From: Bacteroidota bacterium
GTDB lineage: Bacteria > Bacteroidota > Bacteroidia > AKYH767-A > 2013-40CM-41-45
Direction of reading: 5' to 3'
NCBI GenBank assembly: GCA_031367345.1
Contig: JANLPR010000201.1
Coordinates: 618-64,617 of the forward strand
DNA: 64,000 nucleotides
The position numbers and the translations under genes are program-made. Below, one piece after another: positions 61,702 to 64,000 of the stretch. Numbering within the stretch: position 1 is the first letter of the stretch; each line of letters starts with the position of its first letter. The notes under the pieces were generated by a model. That model ran no database searches and was not told where the DNA came from. It worked only from the letters and a program-made list of their open reading frames with translations.

Positions 61702-62493
61702 TTAGTTAAGGTGGTATTCATTGCGCAGTAAATTTAGCAACTGAGCATTTACTTCTGTGTATCTCTTGTAGTGAATTCTTCGAGTTGCACTTATTCCTGC
61801 TCTACCAAAAAATCCCATTAAATTTATCGCTTGCTCCTTATCGAACTTCGCCATTCCATGAAAATGAAACGGTATTACTTCATTGTTCTTTTCATATTCT
61901 GAAATAGCTGTAAATACATCCAACTGTCCATTCTTTGTCAAACTTGTTTCAAAATCGTAATCGTAATGATTTAGAATGAATTGATTAACGTATTGGAATC
62001 TTAATTGCGTCTCCAACAGTTGTCTATCGTTAATATTATGAATGGCAACTGAAAGGTCTCCAATCAGTTTTTGAAGTTCCTCACTTTTAAAATAGCGCAA
62101 CGAACCTGAATTTTTTAATTGATCAAGAACAACTGTTCTGGGTTCAAAAAGTGATGGCGAACGAAAATAAATTCCATATAGAAAATTAATTGAAAATGCT
62201 TTTGAAACATTCGTGAGACTACTATCTTTAAAATATTCACCTAAATAAATTAAAGCATTCTCTTCTTTAATTCGGTTTGCTATTTTCGAAACGGCTATAG
62301 TTGAATCGCTTTTTAACTCAGAATAAAAACTCTTTGCAAGTTCATTTGCACGATGTGTTTCTACTCTCTCCTCTCTAAAATTTTCTACTAAAAACCCGCA
62401 GAACACAGCAAGAAAAAGCATGAAGAATTCAAAGAAGTAATGCCAAAAATGTTTTCCAGGTGCTTTGTGTAAATGGTGAGCGTGAGTCTCCAT
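61702..62493 (-). CDS. Hypothetical single-pass membrane-anchored protein.
   Basis: N-terminal His-rich METHAHHLHKAPGKH, then one TM (FFEFFMLFLAVFCGFLV), then a soluble domain. Confidence 0.45.
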   Translation of the reverse strand: METHAHHLHKAPGKHFWHYFFEFFMLFLAVFCGFLVENFREERVETHRANELAKSFYSELKSDSTIAVSKIANRIKEENALIYLGEYFKDSSLTNVSKAFSINFLYGIYFRSPSLFEPRTVVLDQLKNSGSLRYFKSEELQKLIGDLSVAIHNINDRQLLETQLRFQYVNQFILNHYDYDFETSLTKNGQLDVFTAISEYEKNNEVIPFHFHGMAKFDKEQAINLMGFFGRAGISATRRIHYKRYTEVNAQLLNLLRNEYHLN

Positions 62494-62746
62494 AAAATAT
62501 TTTTGTCAAAGTTAATTTTTTGTTTCAAAATTACAAGTCGCCAATGCACACGTATGGCTCGTAAAGGCTATTTAATTTGAAAACAGATTACACGCTGTTT
62601 CCTTACAAATAAAACTCACAATTTATAACTCTTAATAGTCTATTTGTCTGTAGGTAGAATTGTCAGATGGGGAAACAAAACCTTCGTACATCTTTATCAT
62701 CGCCTTAATACACTTTATTTCAAAAATAAAATTTACCTTATTTTAT

Positions 62747-64000
62747 TCAATGAACAAAACGTTTTACTTCATTCTCAATTTTTATAAAATAATTCCCTCC
62801 GCTCAGATTTTTAGTCTCTATCTTCATTAATCTATCGGTCACTTTTCTTTCTAAAATTAGTTTTCCGTTTTCATGGTACACCGACAATCTTTTACCCATC
62901 ATCTCTTCACTAACCGAAATATTAATTTCATTTGCTACCGGATTTGGAAAAATTGTCCATTGTTGTGCTTCACCATCGAATGTTGTAATTCCAACACCTG
63001 TATTGGTACTTACAATTGTTTTTGCAAAATAAATATTCATTTTCCCGGAACGTGTATCACCCCAAACAGAATAAAGCGTATCTCCTCTGTAAACACAACT
63101 CATAAAATCATTTCCGTTTTGCGTAAGAACAGAATCGAAGGCAATAAACTGACTTGAAAGTTTTTGATTGGATGAAAAAGTTTGTCCATTGTCGGTACTT
63201 GTTGCGTAATAGAAATCATAACCGGCATTCCAAAATCCGTTTACAGGCGAGTTGCGTCTGTCGCGCCAAGTGACTACAAAATTTCCGACTTCATTGGTTG
63301 CGCCCCACACTAGATCCTGCCCTTTTCCATTCGAGAGCGTGTCGTCATTCACGCGAATCGGTCCACTCCATGTTTGCCCTCCATCATTACTATGAAACGC
63401 CGTAATATCTGCATCTCCGTTTTGTGCTGACGGTGTTAAAAAAATAAATTTATTGCTGTCTGTCAATTGCGAAATAAGTTGATACCCATTTTTATAATTG
63501 GTGTCGCTTGCCGCAGGTACTACTGAAAATACTGTTGAGTAATTAAAAGATTGTCCTTTGTCATTTGACTTAGCAAAGTAAAACGTTGGCAGTGGGTTTT
63601 GTGTTGTTACATAGCTCGGATAAATTGCACAAAAGTTTCCATTGACTGTAGTTGCCGGTGTTGCCATTGGTTCAGCAATAAAACTCCCAACCAAATATGT
63701 TCCGCCGTCTATATTTGCAATGCTTGTCCAAGTAAATCCATTGTCGCTCGATGCTTTGAAGTAATTTCGATTGGGTGGCGAAATCCATGACGCCGGTTTT
63801 GTAGTGATGTAAAGTGTTCCGGAGTTTGTTGTGTTAGAATTGTCCACTACAAGCCAAGGCCGATCTATCGCACGCTTAGTTAAATCATCATACATGTCGA
63901 ATGCTTTGGTAGGAGTATCCCAATTCAACCCTCCGTCAAAAGAACGGGCAACATAAACACCGCCACTATCAGGCGACTGCTTCGAATCAATATAGGAAAG
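62747..64000 (-). CDS. BNR/Asp-box repeat (sialidase-fold) protein with a T9SS C-terminal sorting domain. Partial: the N-terminus lies beyond the window end.
   Basis: Asp-box repeats S-x-D-x-G-x-T-W/F: SDNGFTWTS, SNDKGQSF, SNDGGQTWS, STDNGQTFS. SFDGGLNWDTP continues in frame to position 64000. C-terminal IFPNPVANEINISVS...GNYFIKI. Confidence 0.65.
   Translation of the reverse strand, partial: LSYIDSKQSPDSGGVYVARSFDGGLNWDTPTKAFDMYDDLTKRAIDRPWLVVDNSNTTNSGTLYITTKPASWISPPNRNYFKASSDNGFTWTSIANIDGGTYLVGSFIAEPMATPATTVNGNFCAIYPSYVTTQNPLPTFYFAKSNDKGQSFNYSTVFSVVPAASDTNYKNGYQLISQLTDSNKFIFLTPSAQNGDADITAFHSNDGGQTWSGPIRVNDDTLSNGKGQDLVWGATNEVGNFVVTWRDRRNSPVNGFWNAGYDFYYATSTDNGQTFSSNQKLSSQFIAFDSVLTQNGNDFMSCVYRGDTLYSVWGDTRSGKMNIYFAKTIVSTNTGVGITTFDGEAQQWTIFPNPVANEINISVSEEMMGKRLSVYHENGKLILERKVTDRLMKIETKNLSGGNYFIKIENEVKRFVH

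Overview
This 64 kb window is low-GC, gene-dense DNA that looks like a Bacteroidota (Flavobacteriia/Cytophagia-type) chromosome. About 80% of the genes are on the minus strand. I found no rRNA, tRNA, CRISPR array, integrase or transposase. Recognisable genes are mostly housekeeping, stress-related or accessory; each is listed under features with its evidence.

The most distinctive features are:
- Eleven secreted proteins carry a C-terminal type-IX-secretion (T9SS) sorting domain with the 'YPNP' motif. Several of these are paralogous ~47-aa-repeat beta-propeller proteins.
- A membrane hybrid sensor kinase (MASE1-PAS-PAS-HisKA-HATPase-REC-Hpt) sits directly upstream of a LytTR-type response regulator.
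- A second, orphan LytTR regulator lies beside a stand-alone Hpt phosphotransfer protein.
- A 'mobile mystery protein A/B' pair (HTH protein plus Fic toxin-like protein) lies between two ~400-bp non-coding stretches.
- Three overlapping genes (unknown 138 aa, tandem Usp, TerB-like) form a compact operon.
- Two secreted-protein genes are interrupted by single in-frame stop codons (one TAG, one TAA).

Other calls include an ECF sigma/anti-sigma pair, an isolated SF2 DEAD/DEAH helicase, a T9SS-exported endonuclease I and a T9SS-exported BNR (sialidase-fold) protein. Several convincing bidirectional rho-independent terminators are also visible.

All calls rest on motif recognition by eye. No database searches were run.
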